DNA from: Tagaea sp. CACIAM 22H2
Lineage (GTDB): Bacteria > Pseudomonadota > Alphaproteobacteria > CACIAM-22H2
Direction of reading: 5' to 3'
NCBI GenBank assembly: GCA_014444615.1
Contig: PVXE01000018.1
Coordinates: 246 to 64,245, forward strand
Length of the DNA: 64,000 bases
The notes beneath the pieces were generated by a model. That model searched no databases. It saw nothing but the letters and a program-made list of their open reading frames with translations, and was not told the origin of the DNA. Positions 28,428-39,249 of the stretch are shown one piece after another (position 1 is the stretch's first letter; every line of letters begins with the position of its first letter). The translations under genes and the position numbers were made by a program.

Positions 28428-29467
28428 AAGCGCTCGCCTGGGCCCGCGCCAATCTGTTCGCGACGTGGATCGACGCGGCGATCACCCTCGCCTGCATCTG
28501 GGTCGTGTGGCGCTTTCTGCCGCCGCTGCTCGATTGGACGATCTTCAAAGCGGCGTGGCTGGGCGACGACCGCTCGGCCTGCAGCGCGGGCGGCGCGTGC
28601 TGGGTGTTCATCCGCGCGCGTTTCGACCAGTTCATGTACGGGCTTTATCCGGCGGCGCAGACATGGCGCATCGATATCGCGGGCGCGCTGCTCGTGATCC
28701 TCGGCGTGTGGGCGGGCTGGCGGCGCTTGCCGGGCAAGCGATATGCGATCCCGGCCGTGCTGGTCGTCTATCCGTTCGTCGGGATTTGGCTGCTGCTCGG
28801 CGGCTTCGGCGGCTTGCCTTATGTCGAAACGCGCCAATGGGGCGGCTTGATGCTGACCGTGTTCATGACGGTCTATGCCGGCATCTTCGCCTTCCCGTTG
28901 GGCGTGCTGCTCGCCCTCGGGCGGCAATCGAATTTGCCGGTCATCCGCACGATCTCGGTCGCATTCATCGAGTTCTGGCGCGGCGTGCCGATCATCGCGG
29001 TGATCTTCCTCGCCTCGCTGCTGCTGCCGCTGATCTTGCCGATCAATGTCGACCGTTTGATTCGCGCGGTGGTCGGCCTCACGCTCGTCATCGCCGCCTA
29101 TATGGCCGAAGCGATCCGCGGCGGCCTGCAAGCCGTGCCCAAGGGCCAATACGAAGCCGCCGCCGCGCTGGGCTTGGGCTATTGGCGCGCGACGATCCTG
29201 ATCGTGCTGCCGCAAGCCTTGCGGATCTCGCTGCCGGCACTCGCCAACGAGTTCATCGCGTTGTCGAAAAACACCACTTTGGTGCTGATCGTGTCGCTTT
29301 TCGATCTGCTCGGCATCGTGCATGCTGCGTCGGCCGACCCCAAATGGGTCGGGTACAACGTCGAAGGCTACGTTTTCGCAGGCACGATTTTCTGGTTCGC
29401 GTGTTTCGCGATGTCGCGCTGGTCGGCGTCGCTGGAGAGGCGGCTGGGGGCCGCGCGCAGCCACTAA
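28424..29467 (+). CDS. aapM: Amino-acid ABC transporter permease (AapM-like).
   Basis: ATGA overlap with aapQ. EAA loop AAALGLGYWRATILIVLPQAL. Confidence 0.8.
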   Translation: MKALAWARANLFATWIDAAITLACIWVVWRFLPPLLDWTIFKAAWLGDDRSACSAGGACWVFIRARFDQFMYGLYPAAQTWRIDIAGALLVILGVWAGWRRLPGKRYAIPAVLVVYPFVGIWLLLGGFGGLPYVETRQWGGLMLTVFMTVYAGIFAFPLGVLLALGRQSNLPVIRTISVAFIEFWRGVPIIAVIFLASLLLPLILPINVDRLIRAVVGLTLVIAAYMAEAIRGGLQAVPKGQYEAAAALGLGYWRATILIVLPQALRISLPALANEFIALSKNTTLVLIVSLFDLLGIVHAASADPKWVGYNVEGYVFAGTIFWFACFAMSRWSASLERRLGAARSH

Positions 29468-29482
29468 TTCAAGGAGGAGCAC

Positions 29483-30238
29483 ATGAGCGCTGCCATCGAT
29501 CTTGCGGGCAAACGCGCGATCGTCACCGGCGGGGCGCGGGGCATTGGCCTCGCCATCGCGGGCAAGCTTCTGTCGGCGGGCGCTTCCGTCACCTTGTGGG
29601 ACCGCGACGCGCCGGCGCTGGACGCCGCCGTGAAGCGCTTGGCCGGTCAAGGCGACGTGTACACGGCCGAAGTGGATTTGACCGACGAGAACGCCGTCGC
29701 CGCCGCGACCAACCGTTCGGTCGGCGCGATGGGCGGCATCGATATTCTGGTGAACAACGCCGGCATCACCGGCCCCAACGCGACGACCTGGGAATACCCG
29801 GTCGCCGATTGGCGCAAGGTGCTGGAGGTCGATCTGACCGCGCCCTTCCTGTGCTGCCGCGCGACCGTGCCGCATATCGTGAAAGGCGGCTGGGGGCGCA
29901 TCGTCAACGTCGCCTCGGTCGCCGGCAAGGAAGGCAACCCGAACGCGCCCGCCTATTCGGCCGCGAAGGCGGGCTTGATCGGCCTCACCAAATCGCTCGG
30001 CAAGGAACTTGCCAAGTCGAACGTGCTGGTGAATTGCGTCACACCCGCCGTCGCCGAAACCGACATCCTGAAGCAGATGACCGAGGCGCATGTCGAATAC
30101 ATGCTGAGCAAGATCCCGATGGGCCGCTTCGTCCAGGTCGACGAAATCGCGTCCCTCGTGCTCTGGCTTTCCTCGCCGCTCTGCTCCTTCTCGACCGGTG
30201 CCGTTTTCGACATCACCGGCGGGCGCAGCACGTATTAG
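29483..30238 (+). CDS. SDR-family oxidoreductase. It occupies the position where the aapP ATPase would normally be.
   Basis: TGGARGIG cofactor motif and YSAAK catalytic motif. Confidence 0.8.
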   Translation: MSAAIDLAGKRAIVTGGARGIGLAIAGKLLSAGASVTLWDRDAPALDAAVKRLAGQGDVYTAEVDLTDENAVAAATNRSVGAMGGIDILVNNAGITGPNATTWEYPVADWRKVLEVDLTAPFLCCRATVPHIVKGGWGRIVNVASVAGKEGNPNAPAYSAAKAGLIGLTKSLGKELAKSNVLVNCVTPAVAETDILKQMTEAHVEYMLSKIPMGRFVQVDEIASLVLWLSSPLCSFSTGAVFDITGGRSTY

Positions 30239-31060
<822 letters not shown>

Positions 31061-31091
31061 CTAGAGTTGCCGAAACGCCGGGGAGGGAAAA

Positions 31092-32279
31092 ATGCGCAAG
31101 CTCGCCTTAATCGCCGCTTTAGCGGTTTTCCAGATATGCGCGGGTGTCCAGGCGCAGGACCGCAGTGTCGGGATCGTCGAAAAAAAGACATTCGCGATGC
31201 CGAGCTACACCACCGTCGGCGGCGCCACGATTCCCGATGTGAAGATCGGCTGGGAAAGCTACGGCCGCCTCAACGCCGCACGCGACAACGTGGTGATCGT
31301 GCCGCATTTCTTCTCCGGCAATTCCAATGCCGCCGGGCGCTATCGCGCCGATCAGCCCGCCCCGGGCTATTGGGATGCGATCATCGGGCCGGGCAAGGCG
31401 ATCGACACGGACAAGTATTTCGTCGTCTCGGCCGACTCGCTGGTCAATCTCAACACGCGCGACGGCGTCACGGTCACCACGGGGCCCGCCTCGATCGATC
31501 CTTCGACCGGCAAGCCCTACGGCATGCGCTTTCCCATCGTCACGATGCGCGACTTCGTGAACGTGCAAAAGGCGCTGCTCGATTCCCTAGGCGTCACGTC
31601 CGTTCACGCCGCCGTGGGCGCGTCGATGGGTTCGATGCAGGCGCTGGAATGGGCCGCCGCCTTCCCCGATTTCGTCAAACGCGTCGTGCCGGTGATCGGC
31701 GTGGGCGAAGCCGACGCCTATACGATCGCGCGCCTGGCGGTTTGGGCGCAGCCCATCCTGCTCGATCCCAATTTCAAGAACGGCGATTGGTATGGCGGGC
31801 CGGAGCCGACGAATGGGCTTGCCCTCGCGCTGAAGATGGTGACGCTCGACGCGCGCGCCCATGGCTGGGCCGACGCGACCTTCGGACGGCGCTGGGCGGA
31901 AACGACCAAGAACCCGCTCGCGTCGTGGGACAATCGCTTCGCGATCGACGCCACGCTCGACCAAGTTTCGCTCGCCCGCGCGCGCGTGTCGGACGCCAAT
32001 CATTTCGTCTATCTGGTGCGCGCGAACCAGCTGTTCGTGACCGGCCACCAGAACAATCTGGAAGAAGGGCTGGGCCGCATCAAAGCGCGCGCGCTATTCA
32101 TCCCCGCCGAGAGCGATTTGCTGCTGCTGCCCGGCTACGCGCAAAAAGCCGTCGATATCCTGAAGCGCCAGGGCAAACAGGCCGATCTCGTCGCCATTCC
32201 CGGCAATGGCGGGCATCTCGACGGCGTGCTGGCGATGACGCGCGTCGCCGACAAACTTAAGGCGTTCCTCGACGAATGA
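31092..32279 (+). CDS. Alpha/beta-hydrolase of the MetX/homoserine O-acetyltransferase-like family, with an N-terminal signal peptide.
   Basis: Signal peptide MRKLALIAALAVFQICAGVQA. Nucleophile elbow GASMGSMQALEWA. Confidence 0.6.
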   Translation: MRKLALIAALAVFQICAGVQAQDRSVGIVEKKTFAMPSYTTVGGATIPDVKIGWESYGRLNAARDNVVIVPHFFSGNSNAAGRYRADQPAPGYWDAIIGPGKAIDTDKYFVVSADSLVNLNTRDGVTVTTGPASIDPSTGKPYGMRFPIVTMRDFVNVQKALLDSLGVTSVHAAVGASMGSMQALEWAAAFPDFVKRVVPVIGVGEADAYTIARLAVWAQPILLDPNFKNGDWYGGPEPTNGLALALKMVTLDARAHGWADATFGRRWAETTKNPLASWDNRFAIDATLDQVSLARARVSDANHFVYLVRANQLFVTGHQNNLEEGLGRIKARALFIPAESDLLLLPGYAQKAVDILKRQGKQADLVAIPGNGGHLDGVLAMTRVADKLKAFLDE

Positions 32280-33046
32280 AGGATGAAAGCATGAATCCCG
32301 CCCAAATGTTCGATCTCAAAGGCCGCGTGGCGCTGGTCACCGGCGGCTCGCGGGGCATCGGCTATGCGATGGCGACGGCTTTGGCCGGGGCCGGCGCCAA
32401 AGTCGTGCTCGCCGCGCGCAACGAGGCCGAGACGAAAGCCGCGGCGGCCAAGATCGGCGGCGACGCCGAAGCCTTCGATGTGACGGACGAGGCAGCCGCG
32501 ATCGCCGCGCTCGACCGGATCGTCGCCAAGCACGGGCGGCTGGATATCCTCATCTCGAACGCGGGCTCGGCGATCCGCAAGCCGCTGCTTGAGTACCCGA
32601 CGTCGGATTTCGACGCGATTTTGGGTTCGCATTTGCGCGCGGGCTTCGTGCTCGGGCGCGAAGCGGCGCGCCGCATGGTGCCCAATAAATGGGGCCGCAT
32701 CCTTTACACCACGTCGCTGATGGCGCGCGCCGTACGGCCGCAACAAGCGGCCTATGCCTCGGCGAAAACGGGGCTGGAAGGCCTCGTCCGCGCGATGGCA
32801 ATCGAACTCGCCCCGCATGGCGTGCTGGTCAACGGCATCGCCCCCGGTTTCTTCGTGACCGATTTGACCAAGGGCCTGCACCAGACCGACGCGTTCCGCG
32901 CCCAGGTCGAAGCGCGGGCCCCTATCGGCCGCTGGGGCATGCCCGACGAACTTGCGGGCCCGGCACTGTTGCTGTGCTCGCCCGCCGGCAGCTACGTCAC
33001 CGGCACGGTGCTGGTCGTCGACGGCGGAACGTCCGTCGCGTTCTAA
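32276..33046 (+). CDS. SDR-family oxidoreductase (gluconate-5-dehydrogenase-like).
   Basis: TGGSRGIG and YASAK motifs. Confidence 0.8.
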   Translation: MKDESMNPAQMFDLKGRVALVTGGSRGIGYAMATALAGAGAKVVLAARNEAETKAAAAKIGGDAEAFDVTDEAAAIAALDRIVAKHGRLDILISNAGSAIRKPLLEYPTSDFDAILGSHLRAGFVLGREAARRMVPNKWGRILYTTSLMARAVRPQQAAYASAKTGLEGLVRAMAIELAPHGVLVNGIAPGFFVTDLTKGLHQTDAFRAQVEARAPIGRWGMPDELAGPALLLCSPAGSYVTGTVLVVDGGTSVAF

Positions 33047-34129
33047 TCAGGTACTTGGCACGATCGACACGCCCGTGCGGGCGAGCGCCAGATAGGCGGT
33101 CGACCCCACGGGTTTCGGGTTGGCGACGTCGCGGTCGACGACGAACAATTCGCCGATCTCGGCGGCCAGCGTGTATTCCATATGCGTGCCCAGATACGCG
33201 GCCTTGCGGATCGTGCCGGGGATCGCCGGGCCTTGCGGGACCGACGCCGTCACGCTCAGCGATTCCGGCCGGATCGAGACCTTGCACGGACCCGGCTTCG
33301 TGCCGCGCGACGGCAATTCCAGCGACGTGACGCCGATTTTCACCAGCGCTTGATCGCCCGACACGCGCTCCACGGTCGCGTCGATCAGATTCGAATCGCC
33401 CATGAAATCGGCGACGAACAGGCTGGCCGGCGCTTCGTACAATTCGCGCGGCGCACCCATTTGCGCGATACGCGCGTTGGACATGACGATCACGCGATCC
33501 GACACGGCCAAGGCTTCCTGCTGGTCGTGCGTCACGTAAGCGACGGTCAGGTTCAGATCGCGCTGCAGGTCGCGGATATCCTCGCGCACGCGGCGGCGCA
33601 GCTTGGCGTCGAGATTCGACAACGGCTCGTCGAACAGCAGCACCTGCGGTTCCATCGTCAGCGCGCGGGCGACGGCCACGCGCTGCTGCTGGCCGCCCGA
33701 CAATTCCGACGGCAAGCGCAAATCGTAATCCTTGAGGCCGACCAGCGCGAGCTTCTGACGCGCGAGATCGTAGGCGTCGGATTTCTTCTGCCCCGCGACC
33801 GTCGGCCCATAAGCGACGTTGTCGAGCACGTTCATATGCGGGAACAGCGCGTAAGACTGGAACACCATCGACACGTCGCGATCGGCCGCGGACAAATTCG
33901 TGACGTCCTCGCCCGCGATGCGGATCTGACCTTCGGTCGCGATTTCAAGACCGGCGATCAAGCGCAGCGTCGTCGTCTTGCCGCAGCCCGAAGGTCCGAG
34001 CAGCGTGACCAGCGTGCCGGGCTCGATGGTGAAGGACACGTCGCTGACCGCCGCGACCGTGCCGTAGCGCTTGGTCACGTTGCGGAACTCGACCGAGGCC
34101 GGGCCCTTCTTGGTCGTGGATTTCGTCAT
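33047..34129 (-). CDS. ABC transporter ATP-binding protein (FbpC/PotA-type, with a TOBE domain).
   Basis: Walker A GPSGCGKTT; signature LSGGQQQRVAVARAL; Walker B LLFDEPLSNLD. Confidence 0.85.
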   Translation of the reverse strand: MTKSTTKKGPASVEFRNVTKRYGTVAAVSDVSFTIEPGTLVTLLGPSGCGKTTTLRLIAGLEIATEGQIRIAGEDVTNLSAADRDVSMVFQSYALFPHMNVLDNVAYGPTVAGQKKSDAYDLARQKLALVGLKDYDLRLPSELSGGQQQRVAVARALTMEPQVLLFDEPLSNLDAKLRRRVREDIRDLQRDLNLTVAYVTHDQQEALAVSDRVIVMSNARIAQMGAPRELYEAPASLFVADFMGDSNLIDATVERVSGDQALVKIGVTSLELPSRGTKPGPCKVSIRPESLSVTASVPQGPAIPGTIRKAAYLGTHMEYTLAAEIGELFVVDRDVANPKPVGSTAYLALARTGVSIVPST

Positions 34130-34145
34130 CGTGCGTTCCTATTCC

Positions 34146-36344
34146 TCAATGTCCGCCGAGGGCGGCGGCCGTCTGCTGGCCGCGCCGTCCGAGCTGCCGG
34201 CGTCCGACGCCGAGCTGAATGATTACGATCGCCAGCGCCATCACGCCGATCAGCACCGTCGAATAGGCGATGGCCAGCGCGAATTCGCCCGCCTCCACCC
34301 GGCCGACGATGTAAGCGGTCGCCATATTGTGGCGCGCGCTTACCAGGAAGATCACGGCCGACACGGCCGTCATCGCGTGCACGAAGCTGAACACCAGCGT
34401 GGCCACGATCGCGGGCCGCAGCAGCGGCATCACGACGCGGCGCACCGTGGTCGCGGTGCGGGCACCCAGCGTCAGCGACGCTTCGTCGAGGCTTTTGTCG
34501 ATCTGCGACAGCGCCGCCATGCCCGCGCGCACACCCACCGGCATGTTGCGGAACACGAAGCAGATGACGAGGATGAGCCCCGTGCCCGTCAGTTCCAGCG
34601 GCGGCACGTTGAACGCGACGATATACGACACGCCCACAACCGTGCCCGGAATGGCGAAGGACAGCATGGTCAGGAATTCGAAGGTGCGCTGACCCGCGAA
34701 TTTCGTGCGCGCCAGAATATAGGCGACGAGCAAACCCATGATGCCGGTGAGCGGAGCAGAAATCGCCGACACCTCGATCGTCGTCATCAGCGAATCCCAG
34801 GCGGAGCCCGAGAAGAACATGCCGCGCTCGGTCAGCTCCACGCGGAACGCGTCGAGATAATGGCGCCACGTGAATTCCAGATCGAAACGGCCGATATCGC
34901 GCACGAAGCCGCCGAAGATCACGATCGCATAGGTGATCAGCGTGAACGCCGCCCAGGGGATCGTCGTCCAATAAAGGACGCGCTTCAACGTGCGCGGCAG
35001 TTCCGCCGACAGGCCGGAATCGCCCTTACCGGTGACGGTCACGTAGCTTTGCCGCCCCAGCCAGCGCATCTGAATCCAGAAGGCGCCCAGCGTCATGATC
35101 AAAAGCAAGATCGCCAGCACCGCCGCGCGGCCGGGATCGTGCTGCGCACCGACGATGGCGAAGAAGATCTTGGTCGACAGCACGTCGAAATTGCCGCCGA
35201 GGACCAGCGGGTTCCCGAAATCGGCGAGGCTTTCGACGAAGCCGAGCAGGAAGGCGGCGGCAAGGCCGGGACGCAGCAGCGGCCACGTGACCGTGCGGAA
35301 GGTCTGCCAGCGCGACGCGCCCAGCGTCTGCGAGGCTTCCTCCAGCGACGGGCTGATCGCTTCGACCACGCCGATCATCACCAGGAACGCGACCGGGATC
35401 TGCGACAAAAGCTGCGAGATCAGCACGCCCGGTAGGCCGTAGATCCAGCGCGACGGCGGAATGCCGAACGCGACTTCCAGGAACCACGTGACGATGCCCG
35501 TGCGACCGAACAGCACGATGATGGCGAGCGAGATCACGAAAGGCGGCGTGATGATCGGCAGAATGGTGAGCGCGCGCAGACCTTTGCGCCAGGGCAGGCC
35601 CGTGCGCACCACGACCAGCGCGAAGGCAAGGCCCATCAGCGTGGACAAGGCGCCGGTCAGCACGCCCAGCAGCACGGTGTTGAACACCACGCCGCAGCGC
35701 GGGCCGCCGACCAGGCAATTGAGTTCCCAGATATCGTCGGCGAAGAAACGCCGCCAGAACAGATCGAACGCCAGATTGCCGTGTTCGTCGGTGACGGCCC
35801 CGGCCAGCATCGTGGCGATGGGGAAGAACACGAAAGCGAGGATCAGCGCGGTCGAAACGATGACCGAGCCCGCGATGAACGCGTCGCCGCGGAAATAACC
35901 GAGTGCGGCCACGCCCAGCGACGTCATCATCAGGAAGGCGAACAGCACGATCGTCGCCCCCCAGCCGAAGCCGTATTGCGACGTCTCGATTTGGCCGATC
36001 AGCGGCGCAAGCCAGGTCCATTGCAGACCGGTAATGCCGATGGCGAAGCCTTGCAGGAACGTATAGCCGATCCCGCCGAGACCCGCCGCGATGAGCAATT
36101 GGCCGAAGCGGCGATCTTCGCGCGGAAAAGCCAGCGCCACCCCGCCCAGCGCCACGAAAGGCAAAACGCCCCACAGCCACGGGCGATCGAAGGCCAGCGC
36201 GTAGAACAAAGCGCTGGCGCTGCGATCGTCGGGATAGTCGCGGACCCAGCCGAAACCGAAGAAACCGTCTTCGATCGCTTGCCAGGGCAGGAACAGAAAG
36301 GCGGTCAGGGCGGCGGCCGACCAGCCGGCAACGAGTTTACGCAT
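34146..36344 (-). CDS. Fused two-domain ABC permease (FbpB/Fe3+-type), about 732 aa.
   Basis: Two tandem permease domains with EAA loops (LEEASQTLGASRWQTF, LDEASLTLGARTATT). Start at 36342-36344. Confidence 0.8.
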   Translation of the reverse strand: MRKLVAGWSAAALTAFLFLPWQAIEDGFFGFGWVRDYPDDRSASALFYALAFDRPWLWGVLPFVALGGVALAFPREDRRFGQLLIAAGLGGIGYTFLQGFAIGITGLQWTWLAPLIGQIETSQYGFGWGATIVLFAFLMMTSLGVAALGYFRGDAFIAGSVIVSTALILAFVFFPIATMLAGAVTDEHGNLAFDLFWRRFFADDIWELNCLVGGPRCGVVFNTVLLGVLTGALSTLMGLAFALVVVRTGLPWRKGLRALTILPIITPPFVISLAIIVLFGRTGIVTWFLEVAFGIPPSRWIYGLPGVLISQLLSQIPVAFLVMIGVVEAISPSLEEASQTLGASRWQTFRTVTWPLLRPGLAAAFLLGFVESLADFGNPLVLGGNFDVLSTKIFFAIVGAQHDPGRAAVLAILLLIMTLGAFWIQMRWLGRQSYVTVTGKGDSGLSAELPRTLKRVLYWTTIPWAAFTLITYAIVIFGGFVRDIGRFDLEFTWRHYLDAFRVELTERGMFFSGSAWDSLMTTIEVSAISAPLTGIMGLLVAYILARTKFAGQRTFEFLTMLSFAIPGTVVGVSYIVAFNVPPLELTGTGLILVICFVFRNMPVGVRAGMAALSQIDKSLDEASLTLGARTATTVRRVVMPLLRPAIVATLVFSFVHAMTAVSAVIFLVSARHNMATAYIVGRVEAGEFALAIAYSTVLIGVMALAIVIIQLGVGRRQLGRRGQQTAAALGGH

Positions 36345-37297
36345 CAGGCGGCTTTCGGCATGTCGTCTTCGACGTAGTTGCGGATCAATTCGTCCATGGA
36401 CGTATCGGATTGGAAACCCATCTTGCGCGCGCGCTTGGAATCGAGACGCTTGGGCCAGCCCGCGACGATCTTGGCGATCATCTCGTCGCGCTTCCACTCG
36501 ATCAGATCGAACGCCTTCGCGCCGGAATGGCGCTTCAGGCCTTCGGCCATTTCGCCGACCGTGACGTCGAGCGAAGGCAGCATCAGCGAGCGGTTCCAGC
36601 CCCAATCCGACGACGGCAGATCATAGGCGCGCAAGAACGCTTCGATGCAGCGGCGCGGCGACAAGAGCGGCATCCACGCATCGGCCGAAACCGGGCAGAC
36701 GGCTTTCTGGCCCGCGAGCGGCTCGCGGATGATCGACGACGCGAAGGTCGACGCGGCAAGATTGGGCTTGCCCGGGCGCACGACGATCGTCGGCAAGCGC
36801 AGCGAGCGGCCGTCGAGATAGCCCTTGCGCGTGTAGTCGGCGACCAGCATTTCGCCCATCGCCTTCTGGATGCCGTAGGAGGTTTGCGGCGTCAGGCGGA
36901 AATCGTCGGGAATGACCTCGGGAAGATCGCCGCCATAGGTCGCGAGCGACGAGGCGAAGACGAGCTTGGCGGGCTTGGGCAAACGGCGCGCGGCTTCGAG
37001 CACGACGCGCGTGCCGTCGAGATTGACGCGGTAGCCCAGATCGAAATCGCGTTCGGCACCGGCGCTGACGACGCCTGCGAGGTGGAAGATGGCGCCCGTA
37101 TCCGGCGTGATCAGCTTGGCGATGGTCGCGGGATCGAAGACTTCGCCGACGACGACCTCGATGCGCGGGTCTTTCGGCGCGTCGCCCGGATCGACCACGT
37201 CGAACAGCACGATCTTCGTGATTTCCGAACGCGCCAGCAGCGCCTTGCCCAGCTTCTTGCCGAGCATACCCGTCCCGCCCGTCACCACCGCTTTCAT
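36344..37297 (-). CDS. NAD-dependent epimerase/dehydratase-family protein.
   Basis: VTGGTGMLG Rossmann motif; YxxxK (YGIQK). Confidence 0.75.
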   Translation of the reverse strand: MKAVVTGGTGMLGKKLGKALLARSEITKIVLFDVVDPGDAPKDPRIEVVVGEVFDPATIAKLITPDTGAIFHLAGVVSAGAERDFDLGYRVNLDGTRVVLEAARRLPKPAKLVFASSLATYGGDLPEVIPDDFRLTPQTSYGIQKAMGEMLVADYTRKGYLDGRSLRLPTIVVRPGKPNLAASTFASSIIREPLAGQKAVCPVSADAWMPLLSPRRCIEAFLRAYDLPSSDWGWNRSLMLPSLDVTVGEMAEGLKRHSGAKAFDLIEWKRDEMIAKIVAGWPKRLDSKRARKMGFQSDTSMDELIRNYVEDDMPKAA

Positions 37298-37337
37298 AAA
37301 ACCGTCTCCTCCCGTCGCGTTTTTGTTCTAACTCAGC

Positions 37338-38360
37338 TTACGCTGGTAAGGCGCCCGGCGGGAACAAATGCCGGTTCACGCAATTGCGCAGCTTGCCCTT
37401 CTTGAGCCAGTCCCCGGCCGTGTCCGCCGCTTTATACCGCAGATCGTACCAGCTTTCGGGGCTGTAGAAAGCGGCATGCGGGGTCAAAATCAAGCGTCCC
37501 GCGAGCCAGGACGGCGGCACGCGATAGGCCGCGACCAGCGTGTCGTCGGGGTCCGGCGGTTCCTGCGGCAGCACGTCCAGCGCCGCGCCGCCGATCGCCC
37601 CGGCCTCAATTCCGCGCAGCAGAGCATCGGTATCGACGATGGGCCCGCGCGCCGTGTTGATCAGGATCGCGCCTTTTTTGAGCCGTGCAAGAGTCGATTC
37701 CCCGAACATTCCGTGCGTTTCGCGGGTCAGCGGGCAATGGATCGAGACGATGTCCGATTGCGCCAGCATCTCGCCCAGATCGGCGAAGCGCAAATAGGGC
37801 TGTGCGGCGGGTTCGTCGACCGGCAGATAGGGATCGTAGAACCCGACATCGAAGCCCAAAGCCTTCGCGCGCGCAGCGGCGGCTTGGCCGATCCGCCCCA
37901 GTCCGACGATGCCGAAAGCCTGGCCGGTCAAGCGGCGCACCAACGGCGCCACGTTCCACTGCCAGCCCGCGACGGGGTCGAGCGACAGCATTTCGGTATA
38001 GGTCGGCAAACCCCGGCGCAGGCTGAGCGCGCAGGCGATCGCGTGGTTCGCGACTTCCTCGATCCCATAATCCGGCACGTTGCAGACGGGGATATTGCGC
38101 TCGGCGAAGGCTTCCAGATCGACCTTGTCGTAGCCCACGCCATGGCGCACGACGATCCGGCAGCGCGTGAGCTTGCGCGCGACGACGCGGTCGAGCGGCA
38201 TGTCTTGCCAGACCAGCACGCCATCGGCCGACGACCACACCGAATCCGGGATCTGCAACGGATCGCGCGCGCGATGGATGATGAACTCGGCCTCCGGCAG
38301 CGCCGTGCGTTCGACATCGGGGTCGAGGGCGAATTGCGCGTCGGGGACCAGGATCTTCAT
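37338..38360 (-). CDS. D-isomer-specific 2-hydroxyacid dehydrogenase (start at MKILVPD).
   Basis: GIVGLGRIGQAAA NAD motif. The catalytic R/E/H triad context (ILINTARG...LDV...TPH) is present. Confidence 0.8.
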   Translation of the reverse strand: MKILVPDAQFALDPDVERTALPEAEFIIHRARDPLQIPDSVWSSADGVLVWQDMPLDRVVARKLTRCRIVVRHGVGYDKVDLEAFAERNIPVCNVPDYGIEEVANHAIACALSLRRGLPTYTEMLSLDPVAGWQWNVAPLVRRLTGQAFGIVGLGRIGQAAAARAKALGFDVGFYDPYLPVDEPAAQPYLRFADLGEMLAQSDIVSIHCPLTRETHGMFGESTLARLKKGAILINTARGPIVDTDALLRGIEAGAIGGAALDVLPQEPPDPDDTLVAAYRVPPSWLAGRLILTPHAAFYSPESWYDLRYKAADTAGDWLKKGKLRNCVNRHLFPPGALPA

Positions 38361-39249
38361 CGTTTGAGCAGCCCGCCGCGTTGGCGATGGCATAAAGGCC
38401 GGCGGCCGAGGCGTGCTCGCCGTTCACGGCGGCGGCTTCCACATTCGCCATCGCCAGCGCCACGGCGTAATTCTGCACGAGCGGCCCGGCCCCCACGACG
38501 ACGACGCGCGCGGGCTTGCACCATTCCTTCGCCGCCGCGATTTCGTGCGCGATCAGCAAGCCCGACAGATAGGACGGCGCTTCGGCCGGCTTCAGCCCTT
38601 CGAGCAGCGCGGTCGTGCGGACCATGAACAGGTGATTGAGCAATCCGCCCGGTCCTTGCGCGCGCACGAAACCCTTGGCGAACGCCGCGGGATCGTGCGT
38701 CGCATCGACCATCGAACGGCCAAGGATCGTGTGCTTGCGCGCCGTCGCGAAAAGCTCGCCGGTCATGAACGTGGCGAAGCGCTGAATGCGCCCGCCTTCG
38801 ACGATCGCCCATTTCGAATGCGTGCCCGGCAGGCAATAAACGCCGTCGCCAAGCCCCGTGCCGACGAGCTGCGTTTCCTCGCCGCGCATCACATCGGGCC
38901 CGCCCGCCCCTTGGCAGCGCAGGCCCGGCACGATGCGGATATCGAAATGCGGATCGGGCGCCACCGCCAGGCCCGAAGCGAGTTCGGCGGCCGAAGCGGG
39001 ACACTTGACGTAGGGCGCTTCGATCCAGCCTTGCGCCGAGCCGACCATGCCGCACATCAGCGCGGTCGGGCGCGACGGATCGTTCATCCAATCGCCGACC
39101 ACGTCGCGGAAGGCGCCGGCGAAATTGGCGTTCTTGATCGACTGCAAGCCCAAGGGCCGTTCGCGCCGGTCCAGCATCGTGCCGTCGGCGGCGATCCGGA
39201 AGGCGCGCAGATTGGTGGTACCCCAATCGAGGGCGACGAATCCGCTCAT
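38357..39249 (-). CDS. 2-dehydro-3-deoxygalactonokinase (DgoK)-family sugar-acid kinase. As sequenced, the ORF has no stop until 37606; the coordinates given assume a 1-nt correction near 38375.
   Basis: The N-terminus MSGFVALDWGTTNLRAF and the block VMRGEETQLVG are diagnostic of the DgoK family. The expected C-terminus (..AIANAAG) abuts an ATGA junction with the downstream gene, but in the other frame. Confidence 0.6.
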
